Source of the DNA: Planctomycetota bacterium | GTDB lineage: Bacteria > Planctomycetota > PLA2 | DNA: 64,000 bases | Direction of reading: 5' to 3' | Assembly (NCBI GenBank): GCA_021776785.1 | Contig: JAJFFF010000001.1 | Location: 187,129 to 251,128 of the forward strand | In this document: positions 46,124 to 55,968 of the stretch, piece after piece | How the letters are laid out: the number at the start of each line of letters is the position of its first letter | Position numbering within the stretch: position 1 is the stretch's first letter | The notes under the pieces: model-generated | Databases searched by the model: none | What the model was told of the DNA's origin: nothing | The model's input: only the letters and a program-made list of their open reading frames with translations | Program-made: the position numbers and the translations under genes

Positions 46124-47613
46124 GCGAAAAACAAGTACCGCCCGCGCCGCTGGCGGCCGTCGATCTCGGCTCCAATAGCTTCCACCTGGTTGTTGCGCGC
46201 TTTGTGAAAGGCGAGACAGAGGTCGTGGACCGACTGCGAGAACAGGTGCAACTGGCGGCAGGATTGGACGAGAAGCATCACCTGCAGAAACGCGTCCGGA
46301 AGCGCGCGCTCGCCGCGCTTGAACGATTCCGTGAGCGCCTGCGCGGCGTGCCGCGTGCACGGTTGCGCGCGGTCGGCACGAACACGTTTCGAAAAGTTCG
46401 CGACGGCGGTCGCTTTCGTGTGGATGCTGAGGCGGCGCTCGGCTGCCCGATCGAAATTCTGAGTGGCCCGGAAGAGGCGCGATTGATTTTTCACGGCGTC
46501 GCGCACTCGATGCCGCCCGAGGACGGCGACATGCTTGTCGTCGACATCGGGGGGGGCAGCACCGAGTGCATTCTCGGCGCGGGCTTTGACGCGCGCCTCG
46601 TCCAGAGCGTGCAGCTGGGATGCGTGAGTCACACGCAGCGCTTTTTTGCGGACGGCGTCATGAAACGTTCGCGGTTTCGCGAAGCGATCATGGCGGCCCG
46701 TGTGTCGTTGCGCGACGTGGAGCGTCAATTCAGCGAACGCGAATGGACTCGTGTCGTGGGGGCGTCCGGCACGATCCGCGCAGCACTCCAGGTGGCGCGC
46801 GAGTGCGGGTGGGCCGATCGCACACTCGGGCGTGACAGTCTCAACGAACTCCAGGAGGCGTTGATCGACGCGCGCCATGTCGAAGACCTCGATCTTCCTG
46901 GGCTCAAGTCGGAGCGCGCGTCGGTCCTGGCAGGCGGCGTGGCCGTGTTGCGGGCGGTGTTCGATGCGCTCCACATCGAAGCGATGCAAGTCGCATCGGG
47001 TGCGCTGCGCGAAGGGATTCTGTACGACCTCGTCGGGCGGTTGGGCCATGACGATGTTCGCGATCGATCGATCGAGAAGCTGCAGCGCCGTTTCGATGTT
47101 GATCTAACGCAGGCGCAACGCGTCCGCACGACCGCATTGGAAATCCTGAGCGAGGTTGCGCGTCCGTGGAGGCTCGACAAGGAGTGGGCCACGTCCTATC
47201 TGTCTTGGGCGAGTTCACTCCACGAGATCGGACTCGCCATCTCGTATGTGAAACATCAAAAGCACGGGGCGTATCTGATCGGCGAGTCTGAGCTCTCCGG
47301 TTTTTCCCGCGACGACCGCCAAGTGCTGGCGGCGATGGTCGCGTGTCACCGCGGGCCGTCGCGCCACGAGCTGTTTTTAGAACTTCCCAAACGCGTGGCG
47401 CGCGCCACACGGCGCATGACGGCAATCTTGCGCTTGGCTGTCCGCATGCGGCGCGGGCGCGGCGGTGGCTTACCCGCTTTCTCGGTTGACGCCGGCCGCG
47501 ATCGTATTGGGTTGGATCTGGTGGACGGATTCGCAGCGCACCCGCTTCTACAACGCGACCTGCAAAAAGAGGTTGGTCGACTCCAACAGCTTGGCGTCGT
47601 GTTGGAGATCTGA
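46120..47613 (+). CDS. ppx: exopolyphosphatase / guanosine pentaphosphate phosphohydrolase (Ppx/GppA)
   Basis: AAVDLGSNSFHLVVARF...AVGTNTFR...VVDIGGGSTE is the ASKHA fold of the Ppx/GppA N-domain. A C-terminal HD-like domain follows. Confidence 0.85.
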   Translation: MSEKQVPPAPLAAVDLGSNSFHLVVARFVKGETEVVDRLREQVQLAAGLDEKHHLQKRVRKRALAALERFRERLRGVPRARLRAVGTNTFRKVRDGGRFRVDAEAALGCPIEILSGPEEARLIFHGVAHSMPPEDGDMLVVDIGGGSTECILGAGFDARLVQSVQLGCVSHTQRFFADGVMKRSRFREAIMAARVSLRDVERQFSEREWTRVVGASGTIRAALQVARECGWADRTLGRDSLNELQEALIDARHVEDLDLPGLKSERASVLAGGVAVLRAVFDALHIEAMQVASGALREGILYDLVGRLGHDDVRDRSIEKLQRRFDVDLTQAQRVRTTALEILSEVARPWRLDKEWATSYLSWASSLHEIGLAISYVKHQKHGAYLIGESELSGFSRDDRQVLAAMVACHRGPSRHELFLELPKRVARATRRMTAILRLAVRMRRGRGGGLPAFSVDAGRDRIGLDLVDGFAAHPLLQRDLQKEVGRLQQLGVVLEI

Positions 47614-47634
47614 CGCTAGCCGGAGCGGTCGCGC

Positions 47635-48396
47635 CTACTCGCAATCCAAACCGGCGAAGATGTCTTCGACCGGCGTCGCGCGCGGCTCCCCGAAAAACTC
47701 AAAGCACTCCACGTGCGGGCGCGGCACGAGCATCGATGTTTCCGGACCTTCGGGAAAAAGCGTCACGATCGCGTCGTGAATGCGCAGGCACCGCTCCTTG
47801 GTATCGACCTCGGACGGTGTCAGCGTCAATACGCAGTGCATTTGGTCGCGGGGTGTTCCAAACATCAGGCGCGGCTTCGCTCGTTCCACGACGTCGGGTC
47901 CGTACGCGAGCATCGCGAATCGAATGTCGCGATCTAACAGCGCGTGCCGGATCGCCCAATGGGCCGCGATGTGGTCGGCATGCGCATTGATACCGCGCGG
48001 GTCGTGCCCGACCAACACCTGTGGGTTCAAGCTATCGATGACTTCCGTGATCGTGCGGGCGACGGCGCGCAGGTCGTGGCGCGCCAATCCGGAGTCCGGA
48101 AACGTGCCCGGCAAGAGTGCGTCAAGGCGGACTTCACGCTGTACGCGCTCGAGCCGTTCATAGCGCACGGCGGCGACTTCGTCCGGAGTGATTCCACGCT
48201 GCGGGCCCATCGACGACGCCTCGCCGCGCGTGAGACACAAAAACACAGTCGCTGTGTCCTCGTCTTTCCCGTAGCGCGCAAGGAGACCCGCGCATCCGTA
48301 CGATTCATCATCGGGGTGCGGGAGTACAACGAGGAGGCGGCGCTTGCGTTCTCGCAATCGCGTCAGGGCATCGGTCCACGGCATGGTGTGGACCAT
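47635..48396 (-). CDS. PIG-L/LmbE family N-acetylglucosaminyl deacetylase (MshB/BshB-like)
   Basis: LLVVLPHPDDESYGCAGLLAR (HPDDE zinc motif) with a downstream HxDH. Confidence 0.75.
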   Translation of the reverse strand: MVHTMPWTDALTRLRERKRRLLVVLPHPDDESYGCAGLLARYGKDEDTATVFLCLTRGEASSMGPQRGITPDEVAAVRYERLERVQREVRLDALLPGTFPDSGLARHDLRAVARTITEVIDSLNPQVLVGHDPRGINAHADHIAAHWAIRHALLDRDIRFAMLAYGPDVVERAKPRLMFGTPRDQMHCVLTLTPSEVDTKERCLRIHDAIVTLFPEGPETSMLVPRPHVECFEFFGEPRATPVEDIFAGLDCE

Positions 48397-48418
48397 TATT
48401 CACGATGCGCTCGACAAC

Positions 48419-49330
48419 CTAGCGCGAGACGAGTGTCTGCGCCCACCGTGCAAACTGACGGAGGTCGGAGAAATACTCGATGCCGCGCGGCCCGCGCCGC
48501 GTGCCGCGCGCTCCCACACCGCCGACGACCAACTCGCATGCCGCGGGCAAACTCTGACGGAGCAGAGCCAGCTGGCGATCGGTTTCGATGCCGGCGGACG
48601 AGAGTGAAACGCCGATGCCGACGGCCTTGGCGTCGCATTCCTGCGTGGCGGCGACGGTCTCCGCGATCGGTGTGCAGCGTCCGAGAATATGCGGACGTAC
48701 TCCAACCGTTGTGGCTGCGACCGCACACATCTGCACCCCGAGCCCGTGTTCCTCATCCGGAAGCGTTGCGAGAACGATCGTCGGAGACTTGAATGAGACT
48801 TCGAACTCGCTGCGCAACCGGCGCAAAAAGTCCTGCATCACTTCGGTCACGAAATGCTCGTGCCGAATCTTTAATGTTCCGTCGCGCCAGAGCGCCCCGA
48901 CGCGCGTGAGCAACGGTGCGACTCGCTGATCGAGAAGACGAACAGCTCCCATCGAACGATAGGCGTCTCGAAGCAGCCCGACCAGAGTGATCGCGTCATA
49001 CGTGCGGACCATCTGCACCATCGCCTGGATTTCAGGAGTACTGCTCGACGGTTCCGGATCGGGTTCGCGGGCGACGAGGGCGGCCAGCTCTTCGTCGGAA
49101 GAGCGCACAACTTTCCCCGGGCGGTTGCCGCGCTGCAGAGCCTCCGCAACGCGTCGCAACCACGCGAGGTGATCGTCGTTGTAGCGCCGATGGCCGGACG
49201 GGAGCCGGATCGGAACCGGCTTGCCGTAGCGCCGCTCCCAAACTCGAATCGTGTCCGAGGAGATCCCTGTCGCTTTGGCAAGTTGCCCAATCGACATCAA
49301 GTCAGCGGTGTTCACTTCTGTACTGTCCAT
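48419..49330 (-). CDS. MerR-family regulator with C-terminal cobalamin-binding domain (CarH/LitR-like light-responsive repressor)
   Basis: N-terminal MerR HTH (MSIGQLAKATGISSDTIRVWERRYG). C-terminal B12-binding domain with the DxHxxG motif (LPDEEHGLGVQM). The start is ambiguous: ATG 49330 or 49297. It is divergent from the ybgA-like/photolyase operon. Confidence 0.75.
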   Translation of the reverse strand: MDSTEVNTADLMSIGQLAKATGISSDTIRVWERRYGKPVPIRLPSGHRRYNDDHLAWLRRVAEALQRGNRPGKVVRSSDEELAALVAREPDPEPSSSTPEIQAMVQMVRTYDAITLVGLLRDAYRSMGAVRLLDQRVAPLLTRVGALWRDGTLKIRHEHFVTEVMQDFLRRLRSEFEVSFKSPTIVLATLPDEEHGLGVQMCAVAATTVGVRPHILGRCTPIAETVAATQECDAKAVGIGVSLSSAGIETDRQLALLRQSLPAACELVVGGVGARGTRRGPRGIEYFSDLRQFARWAQTLVSR

Positions 49331-49395
49331 TAATTTCCATGATTGTCCAATAAAAAACATAGACATAGGGCCTGGAGACCGGAACATGACTCGTC
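49300..49395. promoter_or_regulatory. AT-rich divergent promoter/operator region between the CarH-like gene and the YbgA-photolyase operon
   Basis: It contains tgtccattaatttccatgattgtccaataaaaaacatagacatag, which stands out against a ~68% GC background. TGTCCA occurs twice as a direct repeat. Confidence 0.4.
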
Positions 49396-50361
49396 ATGGG
49401 TCTGCAAGTCTCTGGACGACCGCGGTTGGGAATCAGCAGTTGTCTGCTCGGCGAAAAAGTTCGCTTCAACGGTGGTCACAAGCGGGACCGGTACCTCACC
49501 GACACTTTGGGCGCGTTGTGCGACTGGGTCATGGTGTGTCCGGAAGTCGAACTCGGCCTCGGTTCGCCGCGCGAGACGCTCCGTCTGGTCGGTGACCCCA
49601 CGCAGCCGCGGCTACATGAGCCGGCGACCGACATCGATCGGACGCGCGCGATGCATCGGTTTGCCGGTGACCGCGCGCGGGCGTTACGCGTCGAGGGCTT
49701 GCACGGGTTCGTGTTCAAAAAAGACTCCCCAACGTGCGGGATGGCGCGCGTGAAGGTTTGGCACGAGAGCGGCGGCGGATCGGAACGCAAAGGTGTCGGC
49801 CTGTTCGCCGCCGCAGTCATGAAAGCGTTTCCGCTCCTCCCTTGTGAAGAGGAGGGGCGGCTCCATGACATGCCGTTGCGCGAGAACTTTATCGAGCGCG
49901 TGTTTTGCTACCAGCGGTGGCGCGATTCGTTTGACAAGCGCGTGCGTCGCGGAAACTTGGTTGCGTTTCACACGGCGCACAAGCTGACGCTCATGGCGCA
50001 CTCGCCGGTGCGCTACCGAGAACTTGGTCGCATCGTCGCCGCGCTCGGAACGCGTCCGTTGCGTGAAGACATCGATGCGTACGGAGAACAGTTCATGGAA
50101 GCACTTCGACTGCTGGCGACGCGCCGCAAGCACACCAACGTCTTGCAGCACATCGCCGGATACTTCAAACGAAAGATCGACTCCGATGATCGTACCGAAC
50201 TCGCCGGTTGCATCGAGGACTACCACGCGGGAAGCGTGCCGTTGATCGTCCCGCTCACGTTGGTCCGTCATCACCTGCGCCGCCATCCCGACGCCTGGTT
50301 GGAGTGCCAGACTTATCTTCACCCGTACCCGGCGGAGCTCATGCTTCGTAACCACGTATGA
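49396..50361 (+). CDS. DUF523 (TudS-like) + DUF1722 (YbgA-like) fusion protein
   Basis: N-terminal LGISSCLLGEKVRFNGGHK is the DUF523 Cys-rich signature. The C-terminal half resembles YbgA, the gene found upstream of phr in E. coli. It overlaps the photolyase start. Confidence 0.7.
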   Translation: MGLQVSGRPRLGISSCLLGEKVRFNGGHKRDRYLTDTLGALCDWVMVCPEVELGLGSPRETLRLVGDPTQPRLHEPATDIDRTRAMHRFAGDRARALRVEGLHGFVFKKDSPTCGMARVKVWHESGGGSERKGVGLFAAAVMKAFPLLPCEEEGRLHDMPLRENFIERVFCYQRWRDSFDKRVRRGNLVAFHTAHKLTLMAHSPVRYRELGRIVAALGTRPLREDIDAYGEQFMEALRLLATRRKHTNVLQHIAGYFKRKIDSDDRTELAGCIEDYHAGSVPLIVPLTLVRHHLRRHPDAWLECQTYLHPYPAELMLRNHV

Positions 50362-51764
50362 GCCGTTCAACACCGCCTGCGCGCGTGCGCGTCGTACAGG
50401 ATGCGCCGCTCCGGCCGACCGGGGATTTCGTACTGTATTGGATGATCGCGACGCGCCGCACGACGTCGAACTTTGCGCTTGATCGTGCGGTGGAGCACGC
50501 CGCGGCGCTCAAGAAACCGATCGTCGTGCTCGAGCCGCTCCGCGCGGGGTACCGCTGGCGCAGCGACCGGATCGATACGACGCTCGTCGCCGGAATGTCC
50601 GACAACGCGCGTCGCTTCGCGGGCGAGCCCGTGGCGTATTACCCCTATGTCGAGCCCGAGGCCGGTGCGGGCCAGGGGCTGCTCGCAGCGCTGGCGGAGC
50701 GCGCCTGCGTTGTCATCACGGATGACTTCCCGTGCATATTTTTGCCGCGCATGGTGCGCGCGGCCGGCGAGCAGCTGTCGGTGCGGTTAGAAGCCGTCGA
50801 TTCCAACGGAATCGTGCCGATGCGATCGACGCCGGATGCGTTTCCCACGGCGTACTCGTTCCGGCGGTACTTGCATCGGAATCTCTCGCCGTACTTGGGC
50901 GAGGCGCCCTATGCTCGCCAACGTGTGGCCGGCGTGGCTCCGCGCATCGAGCTGCCGCCCGCGGTCGTGAAGCGGTGGCCCCTCGCGTCGCTGGAATCCG
51001 TGCCGCCGCGCGGCGCTACCGCGGCGCAGCAAACGCTCGTCGACTTTTTAGCGCGCTTGGATCGTTACGGCGATGATCGCAACTCGCCGGAAAACGACGC
51101 GACGAGCGGCCTCTCCTCGGCCCTTCACTTCGGCCACATCTCACCGCATGAGATCTTTCACGAACTCGCGGACCAAGAGGATTGGACGCCCGACGATCTG
51201 GCGGACACCGTCAAGGGCAACCGCGCGGGTTGGTGGGGGATGAGCGAATCCGCGGAGGGGTTCCTCGACCAGCTCATTACGTGGCGCGAGCTCGGCTACA
51301 ACATGTGCGTGCACCGACCGGACGACTACGACCGATACGAGTCACTCCCGTCTTGGGCGCAAGTAACACTTGAGGCGCATGCCGGAGACGAACGCGAGTT
51401 TGTGTACACGCTCGAGCAATTCGACACGGCGCAGACGCACGATCCGATCTGGAACGCGGCCCAAACGCAACTCCGCCGCGAGGGGCGCATTCACAACTAC
51501 CTGCGCATGCTCTGGGGCAAAAAGATCCTGGAGTGGACGGCGTCCCCGCGCGACGCGCTCGCCGTGATGATCGAGCTCAACAACAAGTACGCGCTCGACG
51601 GCCGCAACCCAAACTCGTACAGCGGGATCTTTTGGTGCCTGGGTCGGTACGACCGCGCCTGGGGTCCGGAGCGTCCGATCTTCGGCAAGATTCGCTACAT
51701 GAGCTCGGACAACACGCGGCGCAAGTACAAGCTCAAGAGCTACTTGGAAGCGTACAGCTCCTGA
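50358..51764 (+). CDS. phr: deoxyribodipyrimidine photolyase, class II CPD type
   Basis: FVLYWMIATRRTTSNFAL is the class II N-terminal signature. The C-terminal FAD-binding region has RMLWGKKILEW...GIFWCLGRYDRAWGPERPIFGKIRYMS. Confidence 0.85.
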   Translation: MSRSTPPARVRVVQDAPLRPTGDFVLYWMIATRRTTSNFALDRAVEHAAALKKPIVVLEPLRAGYRWRSDRIDTTLVAGMSDNARRFAGEPVAYYPYVEPEAGAGQGLLAALAERACVVITDDFPCIFLPRMVRAAGEQLSVRLEAVDSNGIVPMRSTPDAFPTAYSFRRYLHRNLSPYLGEAPYARQRVAGVAPRIELPPAVVKRWPLASLESVPPRGATAAQQTLVDFLARLDRYGDDRNSPENDATSGLSSALHFGHISPHEIFHELADQEDWTPDDLADTVKGNRAGWWGMSESAEGFLDQLITWRELGYNMCVHRPDDYDRYESLPSWAQVTLEAHAGDEREFVYTLEQFDTAQTHDPIWNAAQTQLRREGRIHNYLRMLWGKKILEWTASPRDALAVMIELNNKYALDGRNPNSYSGIFWCLGRYDRAWGPERPIFGKIRYMSSDNTRRKYKLKSYLEAYSS

Positions 51765-52210
51765 AAGTTGGGGAGGTCCGCGACCGTTTTGTAGTTGTAC
51801 GAGCGGACGACCTGGCCCTGTTCGAGCAGCACTGCGCCCGGCATCTGCCACGGATCCCCGACGGGTTTTCCGGCCCCGTAGCCGGCGAAGATCGCCTTGA
51901 GGCCGCGCCACCAAATCTTTGGATGCAGGATGAGTGAGATCGGGTTGCCGCGTTTCAGTTCGAATTCGCGGTAGATGTTTTTGTCAGGGTCGCTGAAACG
52001 TGCAACATCATCGAGCTTGTATTTCGCGAATAGCTCCCGCGCTTGCTCGTCGGTTCCGAGATGAACGAGGGCGAGACGCACACCGTGCGCCTCCATCGCG
52101 GGACGTTGCGCGGCGAGTGTCGCCAGCGTCTCGCGACAAAACGTTCAGCCGAGGTGGCGCAAGAAGACCGCCAAGACAGGGCCGTCTTCCGACATTTTTT
52201 GAAGTGTCAT
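51740..52210 (-). CDS. candidate selenoprotein: PRXL2/SelU-like (AhpC-TSA_2 family) thioredoxin-fold protein with G-U-T-F-C motif (in-frame TGA at 52147..52145)
   Basis: The track ORF 51740..52096 starts at an internal Met. The frame stays open upstream through one TGA to the ATG at 52210, which overlaps the cfa-like stop (ATGA). Translation gives [52 protein letters not shown]... The Sec sits where PRXL2-family proteins have the first Cys of CxxC (compare the human PRXL2A 'RRPGCFLCRE' segment). A 6-bp hairpin (UGUCGC...GCGACA) lies 6 nt after the UGA. Confidence 0.6.
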
Positions 52211-53241
52211 GCATTTCTCCGGAATCGATAGTGGGCAACGTGCCACTCCTGGCCGTCGCGGTAGCCGAACAGTTCCGCGCACGCCAAAAAAAACATGCGC
52301 CATCGCGCGAACCAGCGCGCCGCCGAATTCGCGCCGTAGCAGTCGGCGAAAACAGGCATTACGCGTTCGCGTTCGCGGTCAAGGTTGCGCAACCAGTGTT
52401 CCGACGTCTTTTGGTAGTGAATTCCGTTGACGAACCACCGATCCTCGAGCGCGAGGTCGCGATCGAAGCTCGGGAGCAGGTCGTAGTCCGGCATGAGACC
52501 GCCCGAAAAGAAGTGACGGCCCATCCAGTTGCTCGGGCCATCCGTCTCGAACGGATACGTGAACTGCTTGTGGCAAAACACGTGCACGAACAACCGGCCG
52601 TCCGGACGCAGCCACGACGCTACGCGTTGCATCAACGTTTGGTAGTTACGGACGTGTTCAAACATCTCGACGCTGACGACGCGGTCAAACACCTGTCCGG
52701 GTTCGAACGCGTTGACGTCGGCGGTCCGCACGTCGATCGACGTGACCCCGCGCGCTTCGATAAATCGGCGCTGTGGCGCGGAGTTGGAAACGGACACGAC
52801 GCGGCAGTTCGGAAAGTGCTCCGCGATGTAGAGGGAGAGCGATCCCCAGCCACAGCCGAGATCCAACACGTCCATCCCGTCCTCGATGCCCGCGCGTTCA
52901 CAAGTCAGGGCGAGCATCGCTTCCTCCGCTTCGTCCAGCGTGTGCACACCGTCCGGGTAGTAGCACGAGCTGTATTTCAGCCGCTTTCCCAGCGCGCACT
53001 GGAAAAACTGCGAGGGCACTTCGTAGTGCTGCTCGTTGGCCTTTTCGGGAACGAGCGCCACGGGGCTTGCTTTGAGGCCGCGCACGAACGCTGCGCGCTC
53101 GCCGGGGGTGCGTCCGAGCTCATCCGATAGACGTTCGCGGATCAGCCGGCGAATGCCCCAGCGCAACATCGGTGTCGGGACGAGGCTCCGCTCGGCGAGG
53201 GATAGACCGATGGCGCTCACGCGTCCTCCTTGGGAGGCCAT
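52207..53241 (-). CDS. cyclopropane-fatty-acyl-phospholipid synthase family SAM-dependent methyltransferase (second, divergent paralog)
   Basis: [24 protein letters not shown]...[17 protein letters not shown] is the Cfa/mycolic-acid synthase fold. The start is uncertain (ATG 53241 or 53169). The track ORF extends to 53424. Confidence 0.75.
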   Translation of the reverse strand: MASQGGRVSAIGLSLAERSLVPTPMLRWGIRRLIRERLSDELGRTPGERAAFVRGLKASPVALVPEKANEQHYEVPSQFFQCALGKRLKYSSCYYPDGVHTLDEAEEAMLALTCERAGIEDGMDVLDLGCGWGSLSLYIAEHFPNCRVVSVSNSAPQRRFIEARGVTSIDVRTADVNAFEPGQVFDRVVSVEMFEHVRNYQTLMQRVASWLRPDGRLFVHVFCHKQFTYPFETDGPSNWMGRHFFSGGLMPDYDLLPSFDRDLALEDRWFVNGIHYQKTSEHWLRNLDRERERVMPVFADCYGANSAARWFARWRMFFLACAELFGYRDGQEWHVAHYRFRRNA

Positions 53242-53987
53242 GGGAAAAACACGCTCGTTGTTTCCTGGTAGCGGCGGTAGTCTTCGCCGCGACTCTTGAG
53301 CGCTTGTTTTTCCGTGTACGGGATGCCGGTTAGGCGGAACAAGAACAGAAACATCAGAACCGGGCCGAGCCAAGTCAATAGGTGTCCGCCGCCGATACAC
53401 ACGTACGCGAACCAGTGGGTCCACTCAAAAAAGTAGTTGGGATGCCGTGAGTAGCGCCAGAGTCCCGCGCGACAGGTCTTGCCTGGATGTTGCCGGCGCC
53501 AGCGCGCGAGTTGCTGGTCTGCGACCATTTCCCCGGCTACCGCGATCACGGCGACGGCAGCGCCAACGTAGTCCCATCCGTCGAGCGGACCGGCGCGCCC
53601 CATGGCTGCATAGAACACGAGCGAAAACAGGACGGCGACAACGGCCTGCCCTTGGTAGAACACGAAGAAGTACAGCGGCGCGCGCTCGCCCCAGTGCTCG
53701 CGCATTGCGCGGTAGCGACCGTCTTCTTTAGCCTCGCCGCGGACGCGGTTCCAAAAGAGGTGCAAAAACAAGCGTCCGGCCCAGGCAGCGGCGATTACCG
53801 CTACGAGTGTGCGGCGCGCGAGCTCACCTTCACGAAGCGCGGCGTAGAGTACGGCCAACGCGCCGAGGGCGAACGCCCAAGCGGCATCCACGCTTGTGGC
53901 GTTCCTGGTTCGGAGTTGGCGCGCCCAAAGCGCGGCCATGCCCAAGCCAACGCCCAACAGCCCCCAGAGAGGCAGGAGCCAACTCAT
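53217..53987 (-). CDS. DUF1295 family membrane protein (steroid 5-alpha-reductase/ICMT-like fold)
   Basis: Multi-TM protein. [21 protein letters not shown] is the DUF1295 signature. The ATG at 53987 overlaps the cfa stop (ATGA). Confidence 0.7.
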   Translation of the reverse strand: MSWLLPLWGLLGVGLGMAALWARQLRTRNATSVDAAWAFALGALAVLYAALREGELARRTLVAVIAAAWAGRLFLHLFWNRVRGEAKEDGRYRAMREHWGERAPLYFFVFYQGQAVVAVLFSLVFYAAMGRAGPLDGWDYVGAAVAVIAVAGEMVADQQLARWRRQHPGKTCRAGLWRYSRHPNYFFEWTHWFAYVCIGGGHLLTWLGPVLMFLFLFRLTGIPYTEKQALKSRGEDYRRYQETTSVFFPWPPKEDA

Positions 53988-55243
53988 CGCAGTCTTCCCG
54001 CGAGCGATGATTCGGGGCGCTCCCATACGAGGTGCTGGGTACCGATGAACCGCTCGTCGAATCCGCCCTCGCAATACGCGAGGTAAAACTCCCACATCCG
54101 CAGAAACAACTCGTTGTAGCCCAGTGCGCGGATCGCCTCGATGTGCGTATGAAAGTTCCGGCGCCACCGGCGCAACGTTTCGCCGTAGCTCGGCGTTAAG
54201 TCAAACACCTGCGTCGGAGCGAGGTCCGTGCGCTTCGCGGCCGCTTGCATCAGGACCGTGACAGATGGAATGCAGCTCCCAGGGAAGATGAATTTCTTGA
54301 TGAAATCCACGTCGTTTTTGCACTCGTCAAAGTAGCGGTCGCGGACCGTGATGGATTGCAAGAGCATCGCGCCGTCCCGTCGGAGAAGTTGCTCGCAGGT
54401 TTCGAAAAACGTCGCGTAGTAGCGGTGGCCAACCGCTTCAATCATTTCGATCGACACGATTTTGTCGTACGTCCCCGAGAGATCTCGGTAGTCGCGCAGC
54501 AAGACCGTGACGCGATCCGAGAGACCCGCGGCTTCCACGCGCGCTTTCGCGAGGTGGAGCTGCTGTTCAGAAATCGTCGTTGTCGTCACGCGGCAACCAT
54601 GGCGTTGCGCCGCGTGGATCGCGAAGCCACCCCAGCCGGTTCCGATCTCCAGCACATGGTCGTCTTTGCCGATCTGCAGCGCGTCGCCGACGCGGTCGTT
54701 CTTGTTGCGCTGCGCCTCCGCGAGCGATTCACGCGCGTCTTCGAACAACGCGCACGAGTACGTCATCGATTCGTCCAGAACGAGCCGGAAGAAGTCGTTG
54801 CCGATGTCGTAATGCGCAGCGATGTTGCGTTTGGCGCCGCGTCGCGTGTTGCGTCGCAGCGTGTGCGCCGCGCGCAAGAGCGGTTGGACCAAGCGCGCAG
54901 CGCCTCTCTCCATTCCGTTCATTACGTCACGGTTCGCGACAAACGCTCGGACGAGCGCGGTGAGGTTGTCGACGTCCCAGAGCTTCTCGAAGTACGCCTC
55001 GGCCGCCGCGTTGTGTCCCCCGCGCACGACGCGACCGTAAAACGCCGCGTCGTGGACGGTCACAGCCGCCGTGCGTTCCGCCGGAGCGTCGGCCGAGCCG
55101 AACGTCGTGGTACCGTCCGGATCGGTCCACACGATGTGGCAATCACGAAGCGCGTCCAAGCGCCGGAGGAACGCTCGTCGCGCCCAGCTTCCCAGCAAGC
55201 GGACGTGCTGTATCTCGTGTTCGCGTAAGACGGCGGATTTCAT
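53984..55243 (-). CDS. cfa: cyclopropane-fatty-acyl-phospholipid synthase (Cfa-type lipid methyltransferase)
   Basis: AHYDIGNDFFRLVLDESMTYSCALFE, VLEIGTGWGGFAIHAAQRHGCRVTTTTIS and YDKIVSIEMIEAVG are present. The start is at ATG 55243; the track ORF carries a 199-aa spurious extension. Confidence 0.85.
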   Translation of the reverse strand: MKSAVLREHEIQHVRLLGSWARRAFLRRLDALRDCHIVWTDPDGTTTFGSADAPAERTAAVTVHDAAFYGRVVRGGHNAAAEAYFEKLWDVDNLTALVRAFVANRDVMNGMERGAARLVQPLLRAAHTLRRNTRRGAKRNIAAHYDIGNDFFRLVLDESMTYSCALFEDARESLAEAQRNKNDRVGDALQIGKDDHVLEIGTGWGGFAIHAAQRHGCRVTTTTISEQQLHLAKARVEAAGLSDRVTVLLRDYRDLSGTYDKIVSIEMIEAVGHRYYATFFETCEQLLRRDGAMLLQSITVRDRYFDECKNDVDFIKKFIFPGSCIPSVTVLMQAAAKRTDLAPTQVFDLTPSYGETLRRWRRNFHTHIEAIRALGYNELFLRMWEFYLAYCEGGFDERFIGTQHLVWERPESSLAGRLR

Positions 55244-55968
55244 CGAACGGTCCTCGGATGCGGGATGAAAGGAACGCGCTTCAGGCGTAACCGAAGCGCT
55301 TGCCAGTAAATCGCTGCGGTGATACGCAGCGTCAGGAAAGGCCACCGAACAAGCGCCCGCGCGAGCGAGCCGCCCGTGATCGGGCGCCGCTTTAGACTCA
55401 GCGTGGCTTCGAAGTGCGTCGCGTCGTCGCGCACGTTTTCCATATGCACGGCGAGGCTCTCGTCCGGCGTCGAGAACGCCCAGTCGCACCGGTAGTTCAT
55501 GTCGAGGAACGGAGAGACGTGAAACTCCTTGCGGAAGCGGCCGCGCAATCCGTCCAAGACATACGTGTGGCGTTCGTTCCACGGCGTGTTCGTGATCTCG
55601 GCGCACAGCGCCACGACGCGCTTTCCCGCGTCGTCGAAACAGTAGTAGAACGTTACGGGGTTGAAGCAGTAACCGAACAACCGCAGATTCGTCAGCATGC
55701 GGATCGGTCCCGTCGGTCGGACGCCGAGCTTTTTTTCCACGACATCGCGCACGCACTCCGAAAGCGGCTGCTTCGGATGGCCCAGGTAGTCTTTGCGCCG
55801 AAACCACGCGAGGTTGAAACGGCGGGCCGACCAGAGCCAACGGCGGTCAAACACCTGCGGTAGCTCGTCGAGATCGAGATAGAGTTGGTAGAGGCAATAG
55901 CGAAAGGCGTGCGGTTTCGGGATGTGTCGCTCGTGGTCCACGGTGCCTTCGTAGATCGCGCTATGCAT
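55240..55968 (-). CDS. DUF1365 family protein
   Basis: SAIYEGTVDHERHIPKPHAFRYCLYQLYLDLDE... fits DUF1365. This family is typically found with Cfa and FAD amine-oxidase genes. Confidence 0.7.
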   Translation of the reverse strand: MHSAIYEGTVDHERHIPKPHAFRYCLYQLYLDLDELPQVFDRRWLWSARRFNLAWFRRKDYLGHPKQPLSECVRDVVEKKLGVRPTGPIRMLTNLRLFGYCFNPVTFYYCFDDAGKRVVALCAEITNTPWNERHTYVLDGLRGRFRKEFHVSPFLDMNYRCDWAFSTPDESLAVHMENVRDDATHFEATLSLKRRPITGGSLARALVRWPFLTLRITAAIYWQALRLRLKRVPFIPHPRTVR

